Below, piece after piece: positions 27,363 to 35,752 of a DNA stretch of 64,000 nucleotides. Position 1 is the first letter of the stretch. Each line of letters starts with the position of its first letter. The translations under genes and the position numbers were made by a program. The notes beneath the pieces were generated by a model. That model was not told where the DNA came from and ran no database searches. It saw only the letters and a program-made list of their open reading frames with translations. Origin of the DNA: Fimbriimonadales bacterium (GTDB lineage Bacteria > Armatimonadota > Fimbriimonadia > Fimbriimonadales > Fimbriimonadaceae); NCBI GenBank assembly GCA_038210535.1, contig JBBQWO010000007.1:47766-111765 (forward strand). Reading direction: 5' to 3'.

Positions 27363-27938
27363 ATGATCACACTTGCAATCGCTTCTTTAATTCTCGCTCA
27401 AGGCAGCGCTGCTGTCGTGTGCCCCATGACCGGAGGTGCTTCGCCCGAGATGGGTAAGGCTGTCGACTACAACGGCGTCCGCTACACCATGTGCTGCGGC
27501 GGCTGCGACGCCCCGTTCAAGAAGGATCCGGCGAAGTCGCTCAAAAGCGAAGCGCTGAAGGGCAAGCTTGTCGGCATTTCGCTGTTCGACCCGATCAGCG
27601 GAGCGCGTATCACCGAGAAGGCAGCAAAAGGCGGATTCAGCGATTTCGATGGCGTTCGATTTTATTTCGCGAGCACTGACAGCAAGTCGAAGTTCGATGC
27701 AGCACCCAAGACCTTCGCAAAGGCTCCTGAGAAGGAAGCCCTGTATTGCGTCGTCATGGGCCACGACCTGAAGGATTACGCGACGGCAGGTGGCTATGTG
27801 GATATCGAGACCGTTCGGTATTACACTTGCTGCGCCGACTGCAATGCGGCCCTGAAAAAGAATCCTTCACTTGCGGCTAAGGCCAAGTCGGCGGTTAAAG
27901 CAGTCGCCGCGATGGACGCTCCAGTCAAGAAGAGCTGA
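27363..27938 (+). CDS. Secreted protein with three YHS/TRASH-like repeats
   Basis: I prefer ATG 27363 ('MITLAIASLILAQGSAA').
- Repeat 1: 'VCPMTGG...VDYNGVRYTMCCGGCDAPFKKDP'
- Repeat 2 (Cys-less): 'DPISGARI...DFDGVRFYFASTDSKSKFDAAP'
- Repeat 3: 'YCVVMGHDL...DIETVRYYTCCADCNAALKKNP'. Confidence 0.6.
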   Translation: MITLAIASLILAQGSAAVVCPMTGGASPEMGKAVDYNGVRYTMCCGGCDAPFKKDPAKSLKSEALKGKLVGISLFDPISGARITEKAAKGGFSDFDGVRFYFASTDSKSKFDAAPKTFAKAPEKEALYCVVMGHDLKDYATAGGYVDIETVRYYTCCADCNAALKKNPSLAAKAKSAVKAVAAMDAPVKKS

Positions 27939-27960
27939 CACTCTGATCCTGTTGCGAAAG

Positions 27961-27985
27961 CCCTCGGCAGTTTGACTGCCGAGGG
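27961..27985 (+). terminator. Hairpin after the YHS gene
   Basis: CCCTCGGCAG (27961-27970) pairs with CTGCCGAGGG (27976-27985), with loop TTTGA, followed by 'tgtactatttgt'. Confidence 0.55.
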
Positions 27986-28020
27986 TGTACTATTTGTGGG
28001 CTACCCACAGTTTCCTTCCT

Positions 28021-28659
28021 ATGTTCTCTCTGTCGAAACTCTCCCTGACTCTGGCCGCCTCCGGGATTGTTGCCGGCGCACTGGCCCAGGACGATGAATC
28101 GGGTCCGGTCAAGCTCGTTCCGACGTGAGCGGGCTGTGCCGGTGAGGCAAGATCGCTCCGTGAGGGCGAAGTGGCAACGCAGTGGCATCTCAACCTCAGG
28201 TTCCTCCCAGGGGTGGAAAGAGCTGCGCGCTACCGGTTCACTCTGGATTACCGCTTCGACCCGAAGGTGACGATAGGGTTGGAGGCGAACGGGCTCGACC
28301 AGCTTTTGCCTCGCCTAACTTGGTTTGTCACGCCCGCTACGCAAAGCATGCCGAGTGTGGTTGCGGGAATCACCGGAGACCGCCTCTCGACTCCCACCGG
28401 TCAGGCGATGTTCGTGACGTTTAGCAAGTCGATCAACGATGTCGTGACTCCGTTTGTCGGGTTGAAGTACGGCTTGGATCAACAGGCGGTGGCGTTTCCG
28501 TTTGGTGCGAATTTCTCACTTGGCCAGAGCACCTTTCAAGCGCTCTACGATGGGAACGGCACCCACCTTATCCTGACCCAATCCGCGAAAGGCATCAATT
28601 ACAGCTTTATGCTCGCGCGTATGCGGTTTCCGGGCATCGGGATCTCTTATGGATTTTAG
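28021..28659 (+). CDS. Candidate exported selenoprotein: small outer-membrane beta-barrel-like protein with an in-frame TGA (28126-28128) in a U-A-G-C context
   Basis: The track starts at GTG 28171. In the same frame, ATG 28021 encodes 'MFSLSKLSLTLAASGIVAGALAQDDESGPVKLVPT', then TGA, then 'AGCAGEARSLREGEV', which runs straight into the tracked ORF with no other stop. The C-terminus '...FPGIGISYGF' has the alternating-hydrophobic, terminal-Phe OMP signature. Confidence 0.5.
28127..28158 (+). other. Candidate SECIS-like hairpin 3' of TGA 28126
   Basis: Folded by eye. GAGCG (28127-31) pairs with CGCTC (28154-58), C34-G51 and T35-A50 pair, and UGCC (28137-40) pairs with GGCA (28146-49). The apical loop is GGUGA. 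Confidence 0.35.
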
Positions 28660-28660
28660 A

Positions 28661-29275
28661 GTGCGGAACTTTCTCGTTCTCTCGCTTACGCTCGCTGCCG
28701 TTCCGGGGCAGGCTCAGAGCGAAGCTCGTTGTCCGTTGTGAGCGGCTGGCGGATTCGGGGCCAGTTCGGCCGCGCAAGAACCATCTCGATGGCTGTTCTC
28801 CAGCGTTTGGGTGCCAGGCTCGGTCACGGAGGGTGAGAGCTTTCTCTGGTATCGGGCCAGCGCACGCCTGCAACTCGGCACGGCATTTCTTTGGAAGCAA
28901 CGAGCCTTCCGAGGTCTTGCAAGCTACACCCTTGCGTCGGAGGGCTCACGAACGCCCGCCATCAACGTTGGGGCTGGTTTGCAAGGCATTGGCACCGGGA
29001 ACCCCGGCTATTTCGCGGTGGCTGAGAAGAGCTTTGCGACCCATATAGGAAGCGTGAGCGCGTACTTGGGCTTGGGCCTCAGAAGCAACGAGAACCATGC
29101 CCACATGCTGGGCGGGGCAAAATTCACTCCTAGCCTGAGCAAGTGGACGATGGGGGTTCAGTTGGATGGGCACAACGTGCACCCTTTCGTGACGCGCGAT
29201 TTCGATAGTTTTACAATAGGCATGTACTTGGTTAACCTGAAGTCGCCTGGGATCATGCTTAGCAAAAGGTGGTGA
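28661..29275 (+). CDS. Candidate exported selenoprotein, paralog of 28021-28659, with an in-frame TGA (28739-28741) in a C-P-L-U context
   Basis: The track starts at GTG 28811. In the same frame, GTG 28661 lies 1 nt after the upstream stop. It encodes '(M)RNFLVLSLTLAAVPGQAQSEARCPL', then TGA, then 'AAGGFGASSAAQEPSRWLFSSVWV', continuing into the tracked ORF. It ends '...GIMLSKRW'. Blocks shared with gene 1 include P-S/A-V/I..G, F...KS, Y.GLG, GA.F and DG..H. Confidence 0.5.
28742..28773 (+). other. Candidate SECIS-like hairpin 3' of TGA 28739
   Basis: Folded by eye. GCGGC (28742-46) pairs with GCCGC (28769-73), and UGGC (28747-50) pairs with GCCA (28760-63). The loop is GGAUUCGGG. An alternative apical fold pairs GGCC (28759-62) with GGCC (28768-71), loop AGUUC. 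Confidence 0.35.
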
Positions 29276-29325
29276 TCCTACGTGGATCGGGAACGAGGTT
29301 GCTCAACGCTGCCACAATTCTATAG

Positions 29326-30423
29326 TTGAAACGCATCGCCCTCCTCGGTTCGACCGGCAGTATAGGCACCCAGACGCTCGACGTCATCGCCCAGTTTCCA
29401 GATGACCTGCAAGTCGTTGCCCTCGCGGCGAACAGAAATCATCTGCTTGTTCAAGAACAGGCGGCGCGTTTCGGCATCAACAAGACTGCCTTGTACGAGA
29501 GAGATGGGATGGAAGCGATCACCGAACTCGTCACAGGCGATGACGTAGACCTGGTCGTGGTCAGCGTCGCTGGAGTTATCGGCCTGCTACCGACGATCAG
29601 CGCCATTAAGGCGGGGAAGAACATTGCCTTGGCAAGCAAAGAAGTTCTCGTTGCCGCCGGAGAGGTAGTCATGCCGCTGCTCGAGAAGCACGGAGTTACG
29701 ATGACTCCGATCGACTCGGAGCACAGCGCTATCTTTCAATGTTTGCAAGGCTCGCGGGCGGATCAGGTGGCTAGGCTCATTCTTACGGCAAGCGGTGGCC
29801 CATTCAGAGGCCAAAAGAAGCTTGATTCGGTGACGGTTCAGCAGGCCCTGAACCATCCGACATGGAGTATGGGCGGCAAGATCACCATCGACTCCGCAAC
29901 GTTGATGAACAAGGGCCTGGAAATGATCGAGGCGCAGTGGCTGTTTGGGGTCGCCATCGATCAGATAGACGTCGTCGTACATCCGCAGAGCATTGTCCAC
30001 AGCTTTGTCCAGTTCACGGACGGGAGCGTTCTGGGTCAGTGCGGCTGGCCGAACATGCGGCTGCCCATAGCTTACGCGCTGCTCTATCCAGAAAGAAAAC
30101 CGAACAACCTGCCAAGCTGGAGTCCGACGGACACGCCCAATCTCACCTTCGAGAAGGTGGACGAGGAGACCTTTGTGTCCTTGAAGCTCGCACGCGAAGC
30201 CGTGCGGGCCGGAGGGACCATGCCTTGTGCGATGAACGCGGCAAATGAAGAAGCGGCGAACGCATTTCTGCGCGGAGAGGTTAAGTTTCTACAGATCCCG
30301 CAAGTGGTCGAGGAAAGCATGCAGCAGCACGCTACACAAACCGCAACTTTAGATAGCCTTTTCGCAACGGACGAAGACACGCGCACGTTCGTCCGTAATT
30401 ACATACACCGATTAGCCTTATGA
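29326..30423 (+). CDS. dxr: 1-deoxy-D-xylulose-5-phosphate reductoisomerase
   Basis: 365 aa with a TTG start. It has 'IALLGSTGSIGTQTLDV', 'DSEHSAIFQCL' and 'NHPTWSMGGKITIDSATLMNKGLE'. Confidence 0.95.
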   Translation: MKRIALLGSTGSIGTQTLDVIAQFPDDLQVVALAANRNHLLVQEQAARFGINKTALYERDGMEAITELVTGDDVDLVVVSVAGVIGLLPTISAIKAGKNIALASKEVLVAAGEVVMPLLEKHGVTMTPIDSEHSAIFQCLQGSRADQVARLILTASGGPFRGQKKLDSVTVQQALNHPTWSMGGKITIDSATLMNKGLEMIEAQWLFGVAIDQIDVVVHPQSIVHSFVQFTDGSVLGQCGWPNMRLPIAYALLYPERKPNNLPSWSPTDTPNLTFEKVDEETFVSLKLAREAVRAGGTMPCAMNAANEEAANAFLRGEVKFLQIPQVVEESMQQHATQTATLDSLFATDEDTRTFVRNYIHRLAL

Positions 30424-31631
30424 TGGAATTCCTCTCAACAGCCCTCAATTACACGACCGTCGCGGTGGTGTTCGTCTTGATGATCTCTGTGCTCGTGGCA
30501 GCTCACGAGCTCGGCCACTATCTGTTCGCCCGCCTCTTCGGAATGGGCGTGGAAGAGTTTGCGATAGGCTTTGGCAAGAAGCCGCTCTGGACGTGGATGC
30601 GCAAGACCTATCAGGTTCAAGACGAGCATCATCCTGGCGTGATCGGAATGGAGACGACCAACTTCACGGTGCGTCCTTGGCCACTGGGCGGTTTTGTGCG
30701 AATCAAAGGGATGGTCCCCGAAGATGACGGAAGTGAAGTCGATATCCCCGGAGGGTTCTATAACAAGGCTCCCTGGAAGCGCTTCATCGTTCTGCTGGCT
30801 GGTCCCGCCTTTAGCGTGATAGCAGGCATTTTGGTGCTTTTCCCGCTGTATGCGACGATTGGGGTGGATCGAGTGGTGGGGCAACCGATCATAACCGAAG
30901 TTCTCGCGGAAGGACCCGCGACGGGGTCGGGCATTCAAACCGGTGACCGGATCGTTGCCGTGAACGGGATTCCCGTGGATGGCTTTTACAAGCTGGGCGC
31001 ATTGATTCGGAACTTTGGCAATCAAGAGGTTCAGGTCGGGGTTGAGCGTTCAGGAAAGCAGATGCAATTTTCGATCACTCCTACCTGGAGCGAATTCGAT
31101 ACTCCACTGCGCGACGAGAACGGGGATCCAACGGGAGAACTCGGGCGTCAGGCCATGCTCGGGGTCGGTATAAAGGGTGCCAAAGAAGTTCTAGTCCGCC
31201 TTCCGGTGCCGGTCGCCTTCAAAGCCGCGGTCAACGAGCCCATTCGGGCTGTACGCAGCATTGTCAGCCTCATAAAGCGGCCGAAGAATTTCGAGCGAAC
31301 CGTAAGCGGTCCCGCGACGATGGTCGCCTTCACTAATTATGCGATGCAAAAAGGCATTGCGACCGTTTTGAAGCTGGCGGCGTTGCTGAGCATCTCGGTG
31401 GGGATCTTTAACCTTCTGCCGCTTGGCCCACTCGACGGCGGCCAAATGACCGTCGCTGTGATCGAAATGCTGCGAAAGGGAAGGCGCCTGAGCATCGCGA
31501 CCCAGTCCGGCCTAAGCGCTGTGGGCCTGAGCCTGGTCGCCGTGCTCGTTCTATTCGCGTGGTTTTTCGACTTCAAGAGGTGGTTCGCGCCTGGGCCGGA
31601 GCCCTCGATTTCCAGGACGATTGGCAAGTAA
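30420..31631 (+). CDS. rseP: RIP site-2 metalloprotease (M50) RseP
   Basis: 403 aa with 'HELGHYLFAR' (HExxH), a central PDZ domain and C-terminal 'NLLPLGPLDGG'. Its ATG overlaps the dxr TGA (ATGA at 30420-30423). Confidence 0.9.
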   Translation: MMEFLSTALNYTTVAVVFVLMISVLVAAHELGHYLFARLFGMGVEEFAIGFGKKPLWTWMRKTYQVQDEHHPGVIGMETTNFTVRPWPLGGFVRIKGMVPEDDGSEVDIPGGFYNKAPWKRFIVLLAGPAFSVIAGILVLFPLYATIGVDRVVGQPIITEVLAEGPATGSGIQTGDRIVAVNGIPVDGFYKLGALIRNFGNQEVQVGVERSGKQMQFSITPTWSEFDTPLRDENGDPTGELGRQAMLGVGIKGAKEVLVRLPVPVAFKAAVNEPIRAVRSIVSLIKRPKNFERTVSGPATMVAFTNYAMQKGIATVLKLAALLSISVGIFNLLPLGPLDGGQMTVAVIEMLRKGRRLSIATQSGLSAVGLSLVAVLVLFAWFFDFKRWFAPGPEPSISRTIGK

Positions 31632-31781
31632 ACCAAAAAAGCCGCGTCTGGCGCAATTTTTTCCGATTTTTGCTGATACGGTTCAGCAAAAGGTTAAAGT
31701 CGTGTTATGATGCATTCATTGATAGCGAAGGCACTGTTGCCGAGCCAAGTCCCGCTGCGGGCCTGAGCTAGCTAGGAAGCA

Positions 31782-32816
31782 ATGATGCGCCGAACCACTA
31801 TTGCAGATGTTGCAAAGCATGCGGGGGTAGGAAAGGTCACCGTCAGCTATGTGCTGAACGGACAATCTCGGTCGGCCAGAATCAGCGAACTGACCGAGCA
31901 AAAGGTGCTTCGCAGCGCCGAAGAGCTGGCTTATCGCCCCAATGCACTCGCCCGGATGCTCGTCACGCAAAAGTCCGACGCCCTGGCCGTTGTTTTCCAA
32001 TACGGAGCCTACTTCTCGGCTCTCTCAAGCTTTACGTCAGAAGCCATGCGCGGGGTGTGCGCGGCTTGTGTCGAATCGGGATTCGATCTGATGCTTCACA
32101 CGAAGGCGGCGGATGACCCGATGCACGAAGCGTGCGCTCTCATGGACGGCCGCGTCGATGGTGTGTTGATGCTGCGCGATCGTGATGATCCGACAATGGC
32201 GGAAGTTGTAGCGAACGGCTTTCCGTGTGTTCTCTTCTTCACGCGCTCCGACGATCCGCGCGTTCCGTTCGTGGACAGCGACAACTATGCTGGCGGACGC
32301 ATGGCCACTTCCCATTTGCTCGAGCTCAATCATCGGAGGATCGCGATGGTCATGGGCCCTGCGGGTTCTGTCGCAGGCGCCGACCGGTTTAACGGCTATC
32401 GCAATGCCCTTGAGTCGGCGGGGCTTGCTGTTCGGCCAGACTATCTGGTCGCCGGCGTGGGGCGTGATCCGAGCGGATTTGTACGTCTATTGAGGCAGGA
32501 AGATCGTCCCACCGCCGTCTTCGTATGGTCTGACGACGACGCATTTCTCTGCATGCAGCTTGCGCTGGACCTCGGACTCTCGGTGCCGGGCGACCTTTCG
32601 ATCGTGGGTTACGACAGCTCCGACGCTTGCGAGCGGTCTAAGCCGGCCCTGACTAGCGTGAAACAACCTGTTTTTGATATGGCCCACGCGGCCACCCTTT
32701 TACTTGCTTCTCTGGTACGCGGCACTTCGGTGGAACGCACTAGAATCGTCTTCCCTCCTGATCTGGATGTACGCGGTTCGACCGCGGCCCTCGGTGAACC
32801 GTTAATCTCTCAATGA
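31782..32816 (+). CDS. LacI-family transcriptional regulator
   Basis: 344 aa with the N-terminal HTH 'TIADVAKHAGVGKVTVSYVLNG' and a periplasmic-binding-fold C-terminal domain. Confidence 0.9.
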   Translation: MMRRTTIADVAKHAGVGKVTVSYVLNGQSRSARISELTEQKVLRSAEELAYRPNALARMLVTQKSDALAVVFQYGAYFSALSSFTSEAMRGVCAACVESGFDLMLHTKAADDPMHEACALMDGRVDGVLMLRDRDDPTMAEVVANGFPCVLFFTRSDDPRVPFVDSDNYAGGRMATSHLLELNHRRIAMVMGPAGSVAGADRFNGYRNALESAGLAVRPDYLVAGVGRDPSGFVRLLRQEDRPTAVFVWSDDDAFLCMQLALDLGLSVPGDLSIVGYDSSDACERSKPALTSVKQPVFDMAHAATLLLASLVRGTSVERTRIVFPPDLDVRGSTAALGEPLISQ

Positions 32817-32831
32817 AGAGGAACTTATCTC

Positions 32832-33683
32832 ATGATTCGAAATACTAAAGCCTTTACTCTAATCGAACTTCTCGTTGTCATCGCGATTATCGCCATTCTG
32901 GCGGCGATCCTTTTCCCTGTCTTCGCGCAAGCCAAAGCTGCTGCCAAGACCACGCAAGCTCTCAGCAACATGAAGCAGCTCGGTACCGGCAATTTTCTCT
33001 ATAGTGGCGACAATGACGACGTTCGGGTTCTTCCGAAGGCGTTTGTCAATGATCCTGCTGGCGGCGGCGACGAGTATTCGTGGAAGCAGCTCATCTCTCC
33101 TTATGTGAAGAGCACGGCCCTCTTTTCAGACCCCGTAAATCCTATTGCTAAGTTCCCCGACTTCCACTCTGATCCTGCCATGCGAGCAGTCTTCGGATGG
33201 AAGACGACGAACCTTCCCGCAACGATGCGATTTAACCGTGGTTACAACCTCGCCAACATCTGGGGTTCTTCATGGTTCGCCGACAACAACGCGGTTTCGC
33301 TAACCTCCTTCAGCGAACCGGCAAACGTTTACTCGCTCATTGAGAGTAAATCGGTCTGGCCAGAGATCGGCACCTACGCAGGGTGGATCGAGAACGTCGA
33401 CTCCGACTATGGCTGGTTCGGCCCAGCCGCTCCCGTAACGGGAACGAAGTGGATGTGGAGTTCGGAGAAGTGGGACGGAAAGGCGTTTACCGCGGCTTAT
33501 TGGGACGGCCATGCCAAGCGGCAGAGCCACTCGCGAGCTTGTGCAACGAACTTCATGAGCCAGCCTGACGGGTCGTCTTCCTTCGACAACTTCAACATGG
33601 GAGATCCGGCCAAGAAGGCCGTGCAGAACGGAGACACCTGGATGAACACTTACTGTTCGTCGATGCCTGCTAAGTTCCGCTAA
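32832..33683 (+). CDS. Prepilin-type N-terminal cleavage/methylation domain protein (pseudopilin-like, DUF1559/H-X9-DG type)
   Basis: '[30 protein letters not shown]', 'MKQLGTGNFLYSGDNDD' and C-terminal 'YWDGHAK'. Confidence 0.85.
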   Translation: MIRNTKAFTLIELLVVIAIIAILAAILFPVFAQAKAAAKTTQALSNMKQLGTGNFLYSGDNDDVRVLPKAFVNDPAGGGDEYSWKQLISPYVKSTALFSDPVNPIAKFPDFHSDPAMRAVFGWKTTNLPATMRFNRGYNLANIWGSSWFADNNAVSLTSFSEPANVYSLIESKSVWPEIGTYAGWIENVDSDYGWFGPAAPVTGTKWMWSSEKWDGKAFTAAYWDGHAKRQSHSRACATNFMSQPDGSSSFDNFNMGDPAKKAVQNGDTWMNTYCSSMPAKFR

Positions 33684-33694
33684 TCACAATCAAG

Positions 33695-33718
33695 GGCCGC
33701 CGGGAATTCTCGGCGGCC
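33695..33718 (+). terminator. GC-rich hairpin between the pseudopilin and lipoprotein genes (attenuator or stabiliser?)
   Basis: GGCCGCCG (33695-33702) pairs with CGGCGGCC (33711-33718), with loop GGAATTCT. There is no clear U-tract. Confidence 0.35.
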
Positions 33719-33728
33719 ACTCAATCTT

Positions 33729-34016
33729 ATGAAATACCTAATCCTTATGGCCGTTATCCTGGCAGCACTTGGCTGTGGATCGGCTGCACCCGATCCTCAG
33801 ATTGAGTCAAACAGACTCGAAAGTGCCACTAAACTGAGAGCCGCGTTTGACAAAGTCGGAGGAGACTATGAAAAGCTCTCTGCCGAGGATCGCACTGCGC
33901 TGATCACCATGTTTCAGAACAACGAAGACAACCTGCGGCGAACGTGGACTTTTATGAAGGAACGCGGACAAACTGCGGGTTCTTCGAGTCCCGGAGGAAG
34001 CCCGTCGGGTAATTGA
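33729..34016 (+). CDS. Small lipoprotein, unknown function
   Basis: 95 aa. 'MKYLILMAVILAALGCGS' is a signal peptide plus lipobox-like ALGC. A helical body and a Ser/Gly/Pro tail follow. Confidence 0.5.
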   Translation: MKYLILMAVILAALGCGSAAPDPQIESNRLESATKLRAAFDKVGGDYEKLSAEDRTALITMFQNNEDNLRRTWTFMKERGQTAGSSSPGGSPSGN

Positions 34017-34041
34017 GTGCAGACGCCAACTATATAACCGA

Positions 34042-35325
34042 ATGCCACTGTTTACCCTCTGTTTGATCGGGAGCGTTAGCCTTTCCGGAGATGCCCTTTC
34101 GGGCGTCCCTCTTCTTAATGAACTTCAGCATCGCGCTGTCACATTCTTCTGGAACGAGTCCCACCCTAAGACTGGCTTTGCCAAGGATCGGGCGTCGAAC
34201 TTTGAAAAGACTGATAAGTACGACGTGGCCAGTTGCGCGTCTACGGGTTTTGCTCTAGCGTCCTATCCTATCGGGGTCGAACGCAAGTGGCTGAATCGTG
34301 AGAAGGCTAAGGAGCGAACACTCACCACGCTCCGAAGCCTTCTGACTGTTCACGAGAGCCATAAAGGTTGGTTTTATCACTTTACGAATTGGGAAACTGG
34401 CAAGCGAGTGTGGAACTCGGAGTTGTCTTCAATCGATAGCTCGATTCTTTTTGGCGGTCTCATCGTAGCCGAGCGCTATTGGAAAGACAGCGAGATCACC
34501 AAATTAACCAATCAACTTCTCAATCGAACGGACTTCAAATGGATGATGACGGATGGTGGGGCCAAGCCGGAAGAGGGCATCTTTTCCATGGGATGGCGTC
34601 CAGACACCGGCTTTATCGAGTCACGCTGGAGTGGCTATTCGGAAGAGAAGATGCTGTTTCTCCAAGCGTATGGCCTCGATCCTAGGCTGGCTAATCATGG
34701 CTTCGATAAGACCAACCGGCAGGAAAGGGAATACAAGGGAATTTCGTTTCTCAACGGCGGACCGCTGTTTATCCATCAGATGTCGGAGTCGTTCTACTCC
34801 TTCTCCGACCTGCGAGACAGACGGGGTTACAACTACTGGGTTGCGACCCAAAACGCGACACTTGCCAACCGTCAATATTGCATCGATAACCCTGGGAAAT
34901 TCAAAGCTTATGGGCCCGACTTTTGGGGGCTGAGCGCGTGCGATACGCCGGACGGCTACAAGGCTCTAGGTGCTCCCGGATGGATCGAAGACAACGGGAC
35001 CATCACCCCGACGTCCGCAGTAGCGGCGCTCCCCTACACGCCCAAGGAGTCCATGGCGTTCTTGAACTCGATGTTCAAGGAGCATCCGAAAGCATGGGGT
35101 CGTTACGGGTTCAGCAATGGCGTGAATCCCTCCCGAGACTGGGTCGATCCAGACGTTATCGGCATTGATCTGGGAATGATGCTGCTGGCCTCCGAGAACT
35201 ATCGGACGGGCTTGATTTGGAAGCTTTCTAGCTCCCACCCAGCCATAAAGCTTGGCTACACGAGAATGGGATTTAAGAAGGTTGCAGGCTCAAACAAGGC
35301 GGCGCTGAAAGTAAGCTCAAAGTAA
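34042..35325 (+). CDS. 'Putative glucoamylase' (PF10091-type) / GH144 endo-beta-1,2-glucanase-like protein
   Basis: 427 aa. 'SCASTGFALASYPIGVERKW' and 'HKGWFYHFTNWETGKRVWNSELSSIDSSILFGG' match the conserved core I recall for this family. Confidence 0.65.
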   Translation: MPLFTLCLIGSVSLSGDALSGVPLLNELQHRAVTFFWNESHPKTGFAKDRASNFEKTDKYDVASCASTGFALASYPIGVERKWLNREKAKERTLTTLRSLLTVHESHKGWFYHFTNWETGKRVWNSELSSIDSSILFGGLIVAERYWKDSEITKLTNQLLNRTDFKWMMTDGGAKPEEGIFSMGWRPDTGFIESRWSGYSEEKMLFLQAYGLDPRLANHGFDKTNRQEREYKGISFLNGGPLFIHQMSESFYSFSDLRDRRGYNYWVATQNATLANRQYCIDNPGKFKAYGPDFWGLSACDTPDGYKALGAPGWIEDNGTITPTSAVAALPYTPKESMAFLNSMFKEHPKAWGRYGFSNGVNPSRDWVDPDVIGIDLGMMLLASENYRTGLIWKLSSSHPAIKLGYTRMGFKKVAGSNKAALKVSSK

Positions 35326-35376
35326 AAATTGCCGAATCTGTATCAAAGGGTGTGAAATGTAGCGTATGCTACAGAT

Positions 35377-35694
35377 ATGCTTGCCCTTGGTATCGAGCGT
35401 TACACCGCGATCACGATGATCGTTATTGGTCTGTCCCATGTCCTACAGCCTGCCATGTGGTGCCACTGGTTCTGCAAGCTCGCCGAGGCAAAGGTTGCAG
35501 CGGTGGCGATCGCCATGGTCAGCCTTCCGTTCGGACTCATTTTGGTGTTGACTCATAACGACTGGACACTCAGGCCAACGATCATTGTCACCATCCTTGG
35601 GTGGGGTCAGGTGGTAAAGGCATCGCTGTACCTGCTTTTTCCGCCATCGCTCAGCGCAAAAGCTTGGAAATGGAGGGTGGCGAAGCCGGGATGA
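35377..35694 (+). CDS. Small integral membrane protein, unknown function
   Basis: 105 aa with about 3 hydrophobic helices. A 20-codon hydrophobic ORF (35691-35753, 'MRIAGFVFLLLGTVLALAIF') overlaps its stop (ATGA). Confidence 0.4.
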   Translation: MLALGIERYTAITMIVIGLSHVLQPAMWCHWFCKLAEAKVAAVAIAMVSLPFGLILVLTHNDWTLRPTIIVTILGWGQVVKASLYLLFPPSLSAKAWKWRVAKPG

Positions 35695-35752
35695 GAATCG
35701 CAGGTTTTGTGTTTCTGCTGCTTGGTACCGTCCTGGCACTCGCGATCTTCTA

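Noticed and set aside
28067-28424. Alternative-frame ORFs (67 aa and 80 aa) across the first UGA gene
   Set aside because: I considered a frameshift instead of UGA recoding. These frames are Arg-rich and non-protein-like, whereas the frame through the TGA is continuous with the signal peptide and the barrel domain.
31632-31669. Intrinsic terminator after rseP (A6...GCCGCGTCTGGCGC...T6)
   Set aside because: The flanking A and T runs look right, but I could pair only 3 bp in the stem. That is too weak to call.
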